A stretch of 63,354 nucleotides of DNA, the filler included, from Choristocarpus tenellus KU-1152 (taxonomy: Eukaryota; Protista; Phaeophyceae): assembly GCA_964200185.2 (NCBI GenBank). It is 9 parts of 9 records of this genome, joined end to end, with 100 filler letters (N's around TTAATTAATTAA, not from the genome) between each part and the next. Parts side by side here need not be neighbours in the genome. Positions count along the whole stretch, not along the records: positions 1 to 16,286 come from CAXNAD020000849.1; positions 16,387 to 22,934 come from CAXNAD020007885.1; positions 23,035 to 27,008 come from CAXNAD020016840.1; 6 more parts are not named here. One strand, given 5' to 3'. This document shows, piece by piece, positions 13,366 to 25,882 of the stretch. The translations under genes were made by a program, and so were the position numbers. The stretch's first letter is position 1; each line of letters opens with the position of its first letter. The notes beneath the pieces are model-generated. The model had not been told where the DNA came from. It saw only the letters and a program-made list of their open reading frames with translations, and made no database searches.

Positions 13366-16262
13366 ATGGCTCTCCACCGTGCTGGAAGTGCGGCCATATG
13401 GGGGGCTATAGTCGTGTTGGCGATCGCCCACATACTACCATCAGTTTGTGCTTTTGGTGTGGCTTCCCCTCGACCCCACGTGTACCAGGTGGACTTCAAG
13501 TCCTCTTCATGCGGTAAGGCCATTCTCTTCGCCGAGCGATATCCTTTCTTTTGATGAAATGCTCTCAAATTAGGTTTATCTAGTTATGGTCAGAATGTGC
13601 GACTTATTGGTGGAAAAAAGTTGTTTGCCTGCCATTCTTCACTCCTCTACAGGGACAACGACCACCCCTGTTCAGCTGATGCGGGGACCCACGGCGTTGT
13701 CTATGGAAGCTGGTTTCAGTGACACAGATCTCCTTCCAACACCTGGGCAATCAAAAGTCGTGCAAACGTATGTGAAGTGTGGCAAGTGTAATGCCTGCTT
13801 CCCATTGAGCGAGCAGGTTTGTGGACCCCTTGAGGTATTGAACGGCAACTATCGCCCTTTCTTTGTCTGATACAGCTACCCCCATAGTCCGTGATCGCTA
13901 CGTTTGGTGCGGGGAAGTTGACTGAATGCTGTGTTAACACTTCAGTGCCTGCTTCCTGCTGAACGAGCGCAATCCTGCTAGATGGTGGCCGACATGGGAC
14001 AACAAGCCCTAGAACGTCCTTGTCCCGTAGCTCAGCACCTCCATGTTTGCAACGACCATCCACCGTTATGCCCTGCTGCGCTCACCCAGGAACTCAGTTT
14101 CAACAGAAAAGTGCAATGTTCGGTTTGTGAACATACATGGTTTCAAACGACTGAGCGACTAATCAACCTGAACAAGAACTTCGTGTTCAGGGTGAGAAAT
14201 AAGTCGTATCATTTTGTTTTTGGCAACGTTGCCCATGCTCATTAAACTGCACGATTTCATATATTCCAGACAAACTTACACTGCATCGTGCTAGCATCCA
14301 TGAGGTCTATGGCATGGTCAATCACAGCTCATGGTGCTTGCCTTTGAAATGATGTCATCTCTTGTACCAGGATTGGACGGAGGAGCAAAAACAGGTTGCA
14401 AAGGAGAGGGCAGAAACAAGACCTTACAACAACATAAAGAAGGGAGAAGTGAACATATTTGTTGGGAACTTGCCCTTTGTTGTAGGGGAGAAGGTAAAAG
14501 AATGCCTCGTAACACATCCTTGCTGACATTGTGCTGAAAGCACCTAAATGCCATCATTACGAAAATATACCCTGACTACCCTTCCCCCTCAAACGTAGCG
14601 TGAGTTCCCCTACAACATTAGAGGAGTAGCAGAAGAGTAGCGTTATGGATGACTTGTGTCCCTGAAATCTTAATTGAGAAGTAAAGGTATCCGTAAGTAA
14701 ATTCCTTTTGAACATTATATAAAGATATGATTGAAAGAGGGTGTGGGGGGGGGGGAGATGCATGGAGCAAGTTAATTGCAAGAGGCATGATATGATGAGC
14801 TGATAGTAAGCCATTGATTAGGAAATGGGATGGTGAGACTTGGTACAAAATTGGACTATATATCACACATCACGTTTTGTTGGACATGTGACTAGTACTG
14901 GGATATTTTGCTTGGTTTGGGTTAGGGTTAGGGTCGACTTCCGCACTGAGAGAGCATGAAAGGCTTGTCTATGTGAGAGGAGACATTGCAGGCAGTTATT
15001 TATGCAGACAAAAATATAGTGGTGTTTATTCTTGTTGGCTGCTGCATGTTTTGAGAAAGGGCATCCACATCCACATACACATTCTGTTTTAAGAGATTGT
15101 GCCCACTGCTCTCAAATTCCACTTGTACCTGTAAGGTGTACCTTTTTCACGTACGAAATATCGTGACTTGCAATGAAGGGATGACACCAGGCAGTTGTTC
15201 AAGCGCTGACAGCAACATCTCGTAGTTCTTGTGGAGCCTTTTGCCTCAGATTCAGTTATCCCACCGCCTCTTGAGTGCTTGTCTCACCACCTTAGTGTCA
15301 TGCCCTCCCCTACTCTTGTGTTGTGCTACGTGCTCAGTTGTTCGGACTAAACTCTCCCTCCCCAACATCGTTCTGTCCTTCCTCAATGCTCTAGGATCTC
15401 ACTGCTATTTTCAGCAATTTCGGTCGAGTGGCTAGTGTGCAAATCATCAAGGATGATGATGAGCAGTCTCGTGGATATGGTTTTGTTAACGTGAGGTTCA
15501 GTGCTAAATGTCTTCTTGATCTCTCTTGATCTATCTGACACTCGTTTGATTGATACTTAAGAAAAGCACTTCCGTCACCCTCTTGTCCAAGTCTAAATGT
15601 GGTATTCAATTCCTGAGCTAGTTGAAGAGGAGGATGGAATTCAAAGAGGAGCAATTTTACCAGTTTTTCTTGGTTCTGTGTGAGCACATGTCTTGGCATT
15701 GATGGTCAAAATCTGACGAGGTTGATGTTGACAGTGGAGAGAATCCCAATAGAGGTAGTGGCAGGTGACAGTGAATCTCTTTTGTACTCAAGAACATGCT
15801 TCACAGAGGTAGTCCAGGGGGTGCTATTGAAGGCAGTGCAAACTTTTTCTGTTGGTTGGTCTTGACAGCCTTGAGTCCTATTGTTGAATTTAGTGGACAG
15901 TGCTCAACTGTACTTGGAACTGAGCCCAGAGGCCATGCCATTTTATTGTACAAGCAGTGCACAGTTCTGACAAGAAAGTTTGCAAGAGAGCTGGGAAATT
16001 TATAGTATGATACATTTTGGGCGTTTTTGCTGTTGAAGTCTTTTTTTGGCATATCTTGATGCATACCCCCATAGTTATTTTTGCTGTGCTAGACTATGTC
16101 ATGCCCCTTTGCCATGTTTGCCCCCCTCTGTGATATGATCAGTACCTAAGGGTAAGGGTTTGACCTTTTGGTGTGTTGTCCTGCGGTTGAACCTTTCCAG
16201 ATGGTGTCAAGGGCAGATGGGCAGAAAGCCATTCAAGCTCTCCATAACATCGCCATTCAGGG
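13366..16262 (+). CDS. Plastid-targeted zinc-ribbon (MJ0042-type) + RRM protein, 3' end cut by contig end; exons 13366-13513, 13653-13816, 14090-14191, 14371-14493, 15395-15490, 16201-16262
   Basis: Signal peptide ending VCA|FGVASP; VKCGKCNACF..RKVQCSVCEHTW; RNP2 IFVGNL, RNP1 RGYGFVNM and AIQALHN; all introns GT-AG and in phase. Confidence 0.88.
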
Positions 16263-16286
16263 GTGAGCTCTCATATAGGGAGGGGG

Positions 16287-16386
16287 NNNNNNNNNNNNNN
16301 NNNNNNNNNNNNNNNNNNNNNNNNNNNNNNTTAATTAATTAANNNNNNNNNNNNNNNNNNNNNNNNNNNNNNNNNNNNNNNNNNNN
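16287..16386. other. Artificial contig linker (also at 22935-23034, 27009-27108, 33036-33135, 40450-40549, 43164-43263, 54160-54259, 60656-60755)
   Basis: Identical 44N-TTAATTAATTAA-44N spacers with stops in all six frames. Confidence 0.98.
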
Positions 16387-16411
16387 GGGTGTGGGGTTTG
16401 TGGTGGTTTGT

Positions 16412-16444
<33 letters not shown>

Positions 16445-16891
16445 GTTGCGTGGATTTTGGTTCTCAAGACGGAAATGAGAGTGATTTAAAAATAAAAAAC
16501 GCTATTCTAGAGTTGTTCCCATTTGATTGAGCAGTGGGACGTGATAGAGGACGGCATGGTAGTTCTGCATGGTCCCAGGTACTTAACTTGAATCCCCTGA
16601 GTCACTGTTGTAGTACACAAGAGTACTCTACTTCCCCTTGATGATGCTCGTGGTGCTCCCAAGGTTCCTGCAGGTCTACCATATGCTTCTGCACTATGGC
16701 TATTATCATATGTGTTTGTATTATTGTACAGCATTTTTCTTATTTAGTCCACACAACAAATGTGTCAGTGTTTATCATTTTACTGTTCATTGTACCCTCT
16801 TGGCATCAACCTTATTGATCCACAACATTAAAATAAAACAACTTCAAACTCTCCCCGATCTGTCCCCCCCCCCCCCCCTTCTCTATCGACC

Positions 16892-17179
16892 ATGTGGTGG
16901 GGTGAAGCTGAAAATGGTGAAAATGGTCGCATTGGCAACAGCAGCAGTATTGATAGTAGTACTGGCATAGACGAAACTGCTGTTTTGAAGGAGGGTTCAC
17001 GTGATTATACTCTGGTGGTGGATGTTGATGCAAGGGGAGGTAGCATAGGTTGTAAGGAAGGGGGGGAGCTACACAAGCTTGATGGTGCAGATGTAGAGGG
17101 GGGGGAGGAGGAGGAGGAGGAGGATGTAGATTATGCAGCGGAAGGGGAGTACTACGGGGAGGAAGAGGAGGATTGGTAG
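16892..17179 (+). CDS. Possible terminal exon with acidic C-terminus, unknown gene
   Basis: Open frame ending GGEEEEEEDVDYAAEGEYYGEEEEDW*; no recognisable domain and no clear splice acceptor. Confidence 0.3.
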   Translation: MWWGEAENGENGRIGNSSSIDSSTGIDETAVLKEGSRDYTLVVDVDARGGSIGCKEGGELHKLDGADVEGGEEEEEEDVDYAAEGEYYGEEEEDW

Positions 17180-19559
17180 GGGTGGAATGGTGAGAACAGC
17201 CGGGGGGCGTGTGTGACTTATGCTGGAGTGTGTGAGGGGAAGATTGGAGTTCCAGAAGGGGGTGGTGCATTGAAACAGGCAGAAGGGGCTGTGCCATGAA
17301 CTGTGCATATGCTTTAGGGGGCTGGCTAGGGGGTGGGGAAAAGAGTGTTTGGCGCTTGTTTGGTTGTGCTTGTTGAAAAAACAAAACATGTGTGGATTGA
17401 TCACTCCAGCCATCCAGGTCGGTCTTGTTTTGGGGGTTTGTGCAAAGAGTGTTTGTTTCGGTGAACTGTTGAAACAAACAAAACGGTGTGTGTATGTACA
17501 CGGGTCGCCTTAAAGAGCCCTTATTATGTTGTTTGCTCTGGATGTCCTCTTGTCTCGGCCCTTTCAAACTGGTTGCCCTTTCACGTTGACAACTGGAAAA
17601 CTGAGAAGAGGAGGAAGTGAAAGACGCTCTTTGTGGGTGCTGGTTCAAAGATTCAAAACGCAACGAGCATTACACAAGGACTGACCTTACTGAAGGGAGG
17701 CATCGTCGAGATATACTTGAGACTACATCTGCCCACCTTCTCCGTGACAATCTGTGTGAAACCGAACAGAGAAGTGTGCGTAGATTGGTTTTATCCAATG
17801 CTTTGCCTCACCTAGTTGGCCTGTGTTTTGAAGTCACCAGTAGGTGGTGTCAGTACCTATGCTCTCAAGTGGAAGATCTTCAGCAAACATGGCCTGTGGG
17901 AGAATGGACACGCCTGAATAGTTCCTTCTTGTGAAGCACTTTCGGATCTCGTCATGTCTAACCTCTGAATGATATTTGACGCCATGTCTACCTCTATGGT
18001 GGTCGTCTCGTCCCCCAACCCCTTTTGTTTGGATTTATGTATGATTTTGCGTTGAAGTATTTTATTCTTATGAGCTTGTTACTTGTAATTTGTATTTCAG
18101 CCTCTTCACAGGTGTTTTGAGTTTGATTGATTACCTTGTAGCTGTAAATGGGCTCTGGAGTCTCTTCATGATATAAACCCACCAAGACAACGTTGTATCA
18201 TGCTCTTATCTTTGTTATTATGTGGTGACATTGATGTATTATTATTGGTTGACAGGACTGTAATGTTGGATCAAATAGACGAGGTGGGGCGTCATGGACA
18301 CTAGAGTCTGCTCATGTCTGCTACTGCTGCACAGGCCGATGTTTTGCTCAACATGATCTTTGTATTTTGCGGTTGTGTTTTTTTTTCTAAAGTACTCAGC
18401 TCTTGGAGAGCAACTGTTCTGAGTTCATTGTGTTGCACATGTGTGTTTCTTGTCTGCAGCGTTTTTGAGCCTCATTTGAAAGGTTAAGGTGCATTTTCAT
18501 CACTACTACCAAGGTTTGGTAGGAGTCAGTTGTCTAGGACACTGTCAAGCAAAGGGTCTAATAATGATGGAGATGATTTTGTTTTCTTCCTGCCTGCTGT
18601 GTGTTGGTGTTCCCTCCACCTCCCGAGTCAAACTCACAGCAAAGCTTGAGGCAAGGGAAAAGAACTGACAGTAGTAGCAATAGATAATGAATTCCAAATT
18701 TGTACTCTTCCATTGCAATATGTATGCCAGAAATTGCTGCGTTCGTGTGTGTGATCAGAGCTGCAGTATCTGTTGTCTTGGATTGCGGTTGGGGCCATTT
18801 GTCGTCTGGAACAACTCTTGAGGTCATTTGACCTGTATTGAATGTCATTATTTATCAAATGGTTGAGGGTCCATTTGCTCCTCTGTAATGTTTCGCTTGG
18901 GGTAAATTGCTCTATAACAACACCCCTTGCCTAGAAATGCATCTTGCTGTGTGCAATGCGAAACGTTAAACGATGTTAGGTGACGAATGTTCCGTTGTGG
19001 TGGTATTAAGAAATAAAATAACATACTACTATATACTGCTTCAAAGTATATCATGATGGATACACTAAACTAGTCATTTCTCCATGCCCATATCCATCCG
19101 CCACACTGATACTTCGAAGTATTCCAGAGTAGAAATTATTTCTAGGAGTAAAAACACGTTTTCAAAAGTGCTTCTTCGAAAATATCAACATACTACAAAA
19201 TATATCAAAAAAATATCAACATACTACTACTATACTATTGTTTGGATCTATCCAATATAACAGTAACTAGTTACATCAAACTCAATGTCGTGTATTACAC
19301 AAAGCAATTGTACGAAATATTTAACGAGGGATGTGTTGGAAGATTCACGGGTGGTCTCACACATATATATAGAGGCGCTACAAGCAGGCAAGACCCCCAT
19401 CCGTACCCTAGCCCATACCGTGAGCGAGCTTACAGGTCAGCATATTTCATGTTATCATTGCCCATAATAGATCCGTTCATTGAAATCCAAACAGATTTCA
19501 GTTTCAGGGGATCAATGGCCACAAGAAGCCTTAGGAGGGATACATATATATATATATCC

Positions 19560-20555
19560 ACTCACAGCAACATAGTCATAATATCCAAGAATTAAGCCTT
19601 ATCCCGTACACCCACCAGCAAGACAAAGATACGTACAACCATTGGCAAGTGCCATGCACGTGGATCTTTCGTCAAGAGGACTGTTGCACTATGAGGGTGG
19701 GGGTTGACTGACTTTCCATTGAGGAGCACTTCAAAGCATCGTATCCCCGATCCAAAATGAGTGCTTGCTCTCTCAGTAGCAGGTCACATTTGCCGTGGAT
19801 AGATGCACTGGGAGGCACCCTGTCTGATTCTCTCTACCTTAAACCCTTCCCGGTGTTGGTAGAAGTCAGCTTGATCTTTTGGTCCTTCAACGCCCTCTTC
19901 ACAGTGACGTTTTGGGGGTCTATTTACAGTCGTTGCCATGCCCTTTCCTGCTCCTCCAAGGCCTCCGAGAAGTTTGCTTTAGCTCGATATCTTGAACATC
20001 ACCCTCCTGGCAACACCTTCCATGTAGGAGGTAGGAGTACTTCCGAGACAGCTTGTGACAGATGGGCTGTGTATGAGAGCCAAAGTATCTTAGAGGGTGG
20101 AGTCGCGTCCATTTGGGGGCCAAAATCCAATGTTGCNNNNNNNNNNAATGTTGCAATTTTGATGTAATTTTGGCTATCATATTTGTTAGGAAGTGTCAAT
20201 ATCCATGTTCCGGACACACGTTTTCATAACGTATATATTTTACCTATTACAAAACATTTTGGAGTAGGTAAATGTCATACGAAAACCCATGAGAAGCCAA
20301 GTCCCAAATGGATATACAGGGAAAAACTCGTACCCTCTAAGATACTTTCACTCATGAAGCTGTCATGTTGTTGACATTGACAGGTATACCAGCTTGGTCT
20401 CTGTAGTTGCCTCCTCTACTGTGGGGGTTTAGTGATCAACCACACTCGCCGGTTCAGATCCCAGGGGGCGACCAGACATCAGGGCCTTTAGTTTGAAATA
20501 AATACATCTCTTTCCACCAGGAGACGGTGACGCTAGATGGAAATCAATAGTAGAA
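19560..20555 (-). mobile_element. Decayed RTE-clade LINE fragment interrupted by a MITE
   Basis: Clear nucleotide similarity to 57420-57620 (gctaaagcaaa..ggagga..ggaaagggcatgg..cgac; FYQH motif). Removing the 20077-20353 MITE and one TSD restores NNMTASYTAHLSQAVSE. Confidence 0.7.
20077..20353. mobile_element. MITE family A (Sola2-like), TSD ATGA
   Basis: TIR GAG(C/T)CAAAGTATCTTAGAGGGT...ACCCTCTAAGATACTTTCACTC; ATGA at 20073-76 and 20354-57. Confidence 0.9.
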
Positions 20556-20814
20556 GAGTCAAAGTGTCTTAGAGGGTAGAGCCGCGTCCAATTGGGAGTC
20601 ACAATCCATGTTTCGATTTTGATGTCATTTTTGCTATCTTGTTTGTTAGGAAGTGTCAATATCTATGTTCCGCACACACCTTTTTCACAACATACACACT
20701 ATACCTACTCCTAAACATTTTGGAGTAGGAACATGTCATATAAGAACCCATGGGAAGCCAATCCCCAAATGGACGAAAAGGGAAAAACTCGTACCCTCTA
20801 AGATACTTTCACTC
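20556..20814. mobile_element. MITE family A, TSD AGAA
   Basis: Same TIRs; AGAA at 20552-55 and 20815-18. Confidence 0.9.
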
Positions 20815-21761
20815 AGAATGTAGAGGTGTTGCAAAAGAACCGACTAATAAGGCTATAGAAATAGTTCATAGATTGCTACAAGAAAAAGACCGATACTAAA
20901 CAAAAAATGCCAAAATAATACTGATCGAATAGAGATTAGCCAAAAACCCAGTACTACTGGCAAAAAGATGAATACAAAATTGCAGCACTTGTAGAACACG
21001 TCTAGCTTTTCTGAAGAACAAGTAGATATAAATCTTGGTGGTAGTAATTCTAAAATAGTCAACACAGACAATACCAATAAAGAAAACTCAATCCAGGATG
21101 GGCATGGGCTCTTTTGAATGTAGAAAAAAGACGCTGTCGGTAAAGGTTTGTGTCATTGGACTGTAAGATGTGGGACATGAAAATGCAAATCAGAAAAAGC
21201 GGAAAAGGCCCCCGTTAACATCAGTACCCCCATCTAAGATACTCGTTGCATTCATTGGAAGTGTGTCCATTGCAGGCAGGTCAGATCACAACAACACTTT
21301 GGATAAGACATCATCTTGACACATTTCAAGTGCTATGACCGGACAAGACAAGACCTGTTGGACATGCCAATGCAAGCAATCCAACGAAGACAACTCTACG
21401 ACAGCTCGAAATTGAGAGACCTTCCATACAATAGTTGATACAATCTGACAGGTACGCACAACTTGCTATGCGCATTGACACCTACCTATGTCATCAATAT
21501 GACTTCACTCCTCGGAAATTTACGTAACTGTTCTTTTAGCAAGCGCACCCACATATAACCGTTGCAAATAACGCCTCTAAAACATGCTGTCGACAATTGT
21601 TAGTAACTGTGACTGGCTGTCACACTTGCTAAAATTATGGTGTCTTAAGAAGAGTGTCAAAAAAGGTAACGTCCATCCCACATTCGTATGCCTACTCGTT
21701 AACTTTGTGTCCTGAATGGTGTTAAAGTGCACTGAAATTTGAAAAATGTTGAATAATTTCT

Positions 21762-22019
21762 AAGTCAAAGTATCTTAGAGGGTACAGTCGCGTCCATTTG
21801 GGGCGCAAAATCCACTGTTGCGATTTCGATGTAATTTTGGCTATCGTGTTTATTAGGAGATGTCAATATCCTCGTTCCGGACACACCTTTTCATAACATA
21901 CACATTTTACCTACTCTGAATTTTTTTGGAGTAGGAAAATGTCATAAAAACCCCGAGGGAAGCCAAGCCCCAAATGGACAAACAGGGCAAAACTCGTACC
22001 CTCTAAGATACTTTCACTC
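21762..22019. mobile_element. MITE family A, TSD TTCT
   Basis: Same TIRs; TTCT at 21758-61 and 22020-23. Confidence 0.9.
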
Positions 22020-22728
22020 TTCTCTGTTGAGAAGTAAAAGTTACTCAACAATACTCTTGAGTAATATACCATTAAAAAAGAACGTCAAAATAGAATACTT
22101 AGAAGCAGTTTTACCTGTTGTTGCTGTTGGCAAAAATATATGTCAGAGGACAAAAAAAGTATCATATGTATAGCTTTACCATTAGATGTACCATCAAGTG
22201 CAGATGAAAAAATAAGGTATACTACTACTTCATACGTTACCACCACCACATCCTCTAACGATCCAACTTTTCCTTCGTCACCGAGGTCGTTCCTCATGCT
22301 ACTGATTCAGGAGAGGATATTACACCCATCTCCAAACTGACCGCATCCAAGGAGCATGAAGTATGAAATATGACTTTGAGGCATGTTGGGAAGTGGGATT
22401 TGTTAACATCACTGTGGCTTGGTTCAACTGTTGCAGGTAGAAGGCGCAATCGATCACCTCATGGTTCATATACACAAGAATACTCATCCTACTGCTAACA
22501 CACTTCACCCTGTACATAACATGCCGTTCACATTGCCTTGAAATGGTTGGCCGAGCAGAACGACTCTGCATTCTACTACAGTATGGACGATGTAATTGTC
22601 CAAAATAGTACAATTGTGAGGTGTGCCTTATTTTGTGCATGTGAGATTATTGCGTTGAAATGAGTCCAAATGATGTCACTAAGAGATAGTACATCAGAAC
22701 TATCTATGGAGTTGGGTATTGTAGTTAA

Positions 22729-22934
22729 GGGTCAAAGTATCTTGGGGGGGGGGGTGGTTTGTGAGGGGAGCCAAAGTATCTTAGAGGGTAGAGCCGCGTC
22801 CATTTGGGGGCCAAAGTCGGATGTTGCGATGATGTTATAATTTTGGCTATCGCTTTTGTTAGGAAGTGTCAATATCCATGTTCCTGACACACCTTTTCCT
22901 AACATGCACACTTTACCTACTCCTAAACATTTTG
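22729..22934. mobile_element. Family A MITE (from 22768) nested in the left end of a related GGGTCAAAGTATCT element; cut by contig end
   Basis: Two consecutive TIR starts at 22729 and 22768. Confidence 0.75.
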
Positions 22935-23076
22935 NNNNNNNNNNNNNNNNNNNNNNNNNNNNNNNNNNNNNNNNNNNNTTAATTAATTAANNNNNNNNNN
23001 NNNNNNNNNNNNNNNNNNNNNNNNNNNNNNNNNNGCGGCCCCCGTGAGCCTCCTCTTTCTTTCTTTTTTTTCTCAG

Positions 23077-23780
23077 GCTGCGGACCGAGGAGCATACATC
23101 TGCCAGTCTCAGTCCATGAATGTGCACATGGCTGAACCGAGCTTTGGCAAGCTGTCTTCGATGCACTTTTACGCTTGGAAGAAGGGGCTCAAGACCGGCA
23201 TGTACTACTTGCGCACACGGCCCAAGGCGGACGCAATCCAGGTATGTGCAAAGAGAAAATAAACTTGTGTTTCCCTTTGTTGTGTGCTGTGTTGCACTTG
23301 GTAGTCAGCAGGTTTAAAAAAGAAGATTATTTGCTCTCCTTTGTTCTCCTCCCTTGTTCAAAGTGGACTGTTTCGGAGCCTGGCGAGATGTGAGGTGTGA
23401 GAATAGACTTGTATTTTTATTATATTTTTCATTTGGCTGTTACATACCTTCGTTCCGTAGTGCTCTGGGGGCACCTAGTAGAAGTTTGCAGTAGTGATTA
23501 TAGATGAATAGATGTTCCGTTGCTGCGACTGCCTACAAGTATCTAGGCAGTTGTTTCTGGTCGAGGACTGTTTCATGTTTTTCATTCATAGTCTTTATCA
23601 TCCCCCTTTCATCCACCCCACCCTATGGCTCCTTTCCCTTCCTACATGCTGTATCGCCTTGCGTGCTTTGTTGCATGACCTCAGTTCACGGTGGATCAGT
23701 CCTCTCTCAAAGCACAGGAGGCGAAGCAGTTGAAAGCCAAGGTGCCGGAGGAGGCTGAATGCCTTTCCTGTGGCGCGTGA
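23077..23780 (+). CDS. RNR1: Ribonucleoside-diphosphate reductase large subunit, last two exons (23077-23241, 23685-23780)
   Basis: [36 protein letters not shown]|FTVD..ECLSCGA*, with the YY pair and C-terminal CxxC. Confidence 0.96.
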
Positions 23781-25733
23781 GTGAGGGTATTGTCCCTGGG
23801 GTTTGGAAGCATGGTGTCTTCCCCAATGAACAGTGCTGTCGGCGGTGCTGGTCATGAGTCCATGAAGTGCAGAGGATTGCACCTCTTTGTAGAGTGAAAC
23901 ATGTGGGAGTATTGAGGACAGGGGGTTGGGGAGGGAGGTGTATGTATGCGTGCATTCTGTGATTACAGTTGGATACTATATCAGTACAATGTCTCTACCT
24001 TGCTTTTTTTATTCTAGGTGTGGCAGATGTCAATCTTTGTATCATACAGTCTTTTTTTTTGGGCGTGCATGTGGTCTGTCTAGTGCTAGTGCGTTGTGAG
24101 CGTGTATGTGCTGGTTGAGGGACAGGACACAGTAGACAAGGGTACCAACATAGGTATGTGGAAAACCTTTCGCTTCAAAAGAGGCATCCTGATAGGTACC
24201 AACATCGGTGGGGAAGCAGTTTTTTTTTTTTTGGCTATTGTTTGGTACCAGGATGGTGGTGATCACTAAGAGGATGTAGTGTGTCGAGCTATATACGTGG
24301 TGTGTCTTGATATAGTGCAGTGCATTTATGTATGTGTGCAAGAGCAGTAGGAATGTCTTCTTAGCACATACACTGTTCTGCTTGTATGTGCTGCAATGCT
24401 GCACCTGCTCTCTGTAGCCTTTCCCACCACCACCACCTCTACCTACATCTCCGTAAGGGAGTTAGTAGCCCTGTCAAAGGCGGGATCCAAAGGTTGCTCG
24501 CTGCCTGTTGAAAATGTTGCTGGGAGGCTGTCTTGCTTACCTTGCATCAGGAAGGGCTTCATCGACGTTTCTGGCCGATCTGTTTTCCCTTTTCAGAGTG
24601 TATTGCACAGATTTGGTGCGTGTGACTCCCATGTGTGTTTCACCTGTATTGCCTGTGTTACTTGGGTTTGTTCGCTCCCTTGGCGGGGGCGCAGCCAACC
24701 TACGATCACCAGGAATAGTCTTTTGGGTGTTACGATTGATGAATGGTGTCCTTTTTTCTTAAAAAAAAAGTGCTGCTGGCGATGTATATTGCAAGCATAA
24801 TTGAGGATAAGTTGACTACTGCATGTGTGTGTGTGCCTCTTGGTTTGCCAAGAACATCCTGGGGTACAAAACGTGCGTTGGTCTTTATGCCATTTCTTAT
24901 TCTTGTGAGGACCTTGTACATACTTAAGGTGACAGTAACAGGGCGGAACAAAGGATGGATGTTGTGTGGACTGTGAGAGGGGGAGGGGGAGGAGATAAGT
25001 TATTGGTTGGATCACACAGAGTCAACATGTGTTTTTTGGGCTGGGGACTGGTTGTTAGAGATGGGGTAGTGCAGTGTATGAGTTGAGCTTGTTGGTAAAG
25101 TAGAGACGAGGATATCAAGAAGAAATACAATGATAGTGTCATGATTTGCTGATGTGTGAAAGGACTGCCAAGGAACTTGAGTATGGTGAATGATACAGAT
25201 TTCATCGCAATTGGTGTGGTGGAGCAATGATCATTTGAGGTCGTCACCATGTTTCATTTCATTGCTTCCACGGGCATGGACAATGATGTGTGTGAAGAAT
25301 ACAGTCTTTTCGAAGAACATTGTAGCTTGCCATACCACATGCCTACTTTTGCATTTGAAACGCATCTTTGGCTGCACAATTTTGTTTTGATGCCTTTCGA
25401 CGTAGGAACTAACATTATGTTGCAACTGATAGTGTATGTTTATGCTTGTTGTGGTTCTGTTATTGGACTGCATTAATCTCGTCACTACCATTGTACCAAT
25501 AGTACTAGCATCATAATACAATAGTGCTTCCTGATACTTCCATGAAGATGAGTTTGCAGTCTTTTCATGCACTATTGTGCATCATCCATTTGATCTCAGT
25601 CGAGTAATGTCTGTTTGGTTGTGGTTACCGCAGGTTGTTGGATGTCCTGAGTGATAATAGTATAATACCGTAAGTATTTGAGTCACCATGTAGAGAAGTA
25701 TTGTCGGGAATCTATATGGGTAACAACAGAGGA

Positions 25734-25882
25734 TGTAAAATGTGTAAGTCATGAAAAGGTGTGTCTGGAACAAGGATATTGACACTTTCCAACAAACACG
25801 ATAGCCAAAATTACATCAAAATCACTACATTGGATTTTGACCCCAAATGGACGAGGTCATACCCTCTAAGATACTTTGGCTC
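25734..25882. mobile_element. Partial MITE family A, reverse orientation
   Basis: Ends ACCCTCTAAGATACTTTGGCTC; internal sequence is homologous to family A. Confidence 0.8.

Noticed and set aside
16331-16342. Recurrent TTAATTAATTAA palindrome as a biological motif or array
   Set aside because: Always centred in 44+44 Ns, so it is a six-frame-stop assembly linker.
16812-17663. 283-aa minus-strand ORF, the longest in the track
   Set aside because: Low-complexity Pro/His/Gln shadow of a G-rich plus strand, with no domain.
23077-23780. RNR as a marker of an endogenous giant virus
   Set aside because: It has spliceosomal introns and a typical eukaryotic C-terminus, and no viral genes lie nearby.
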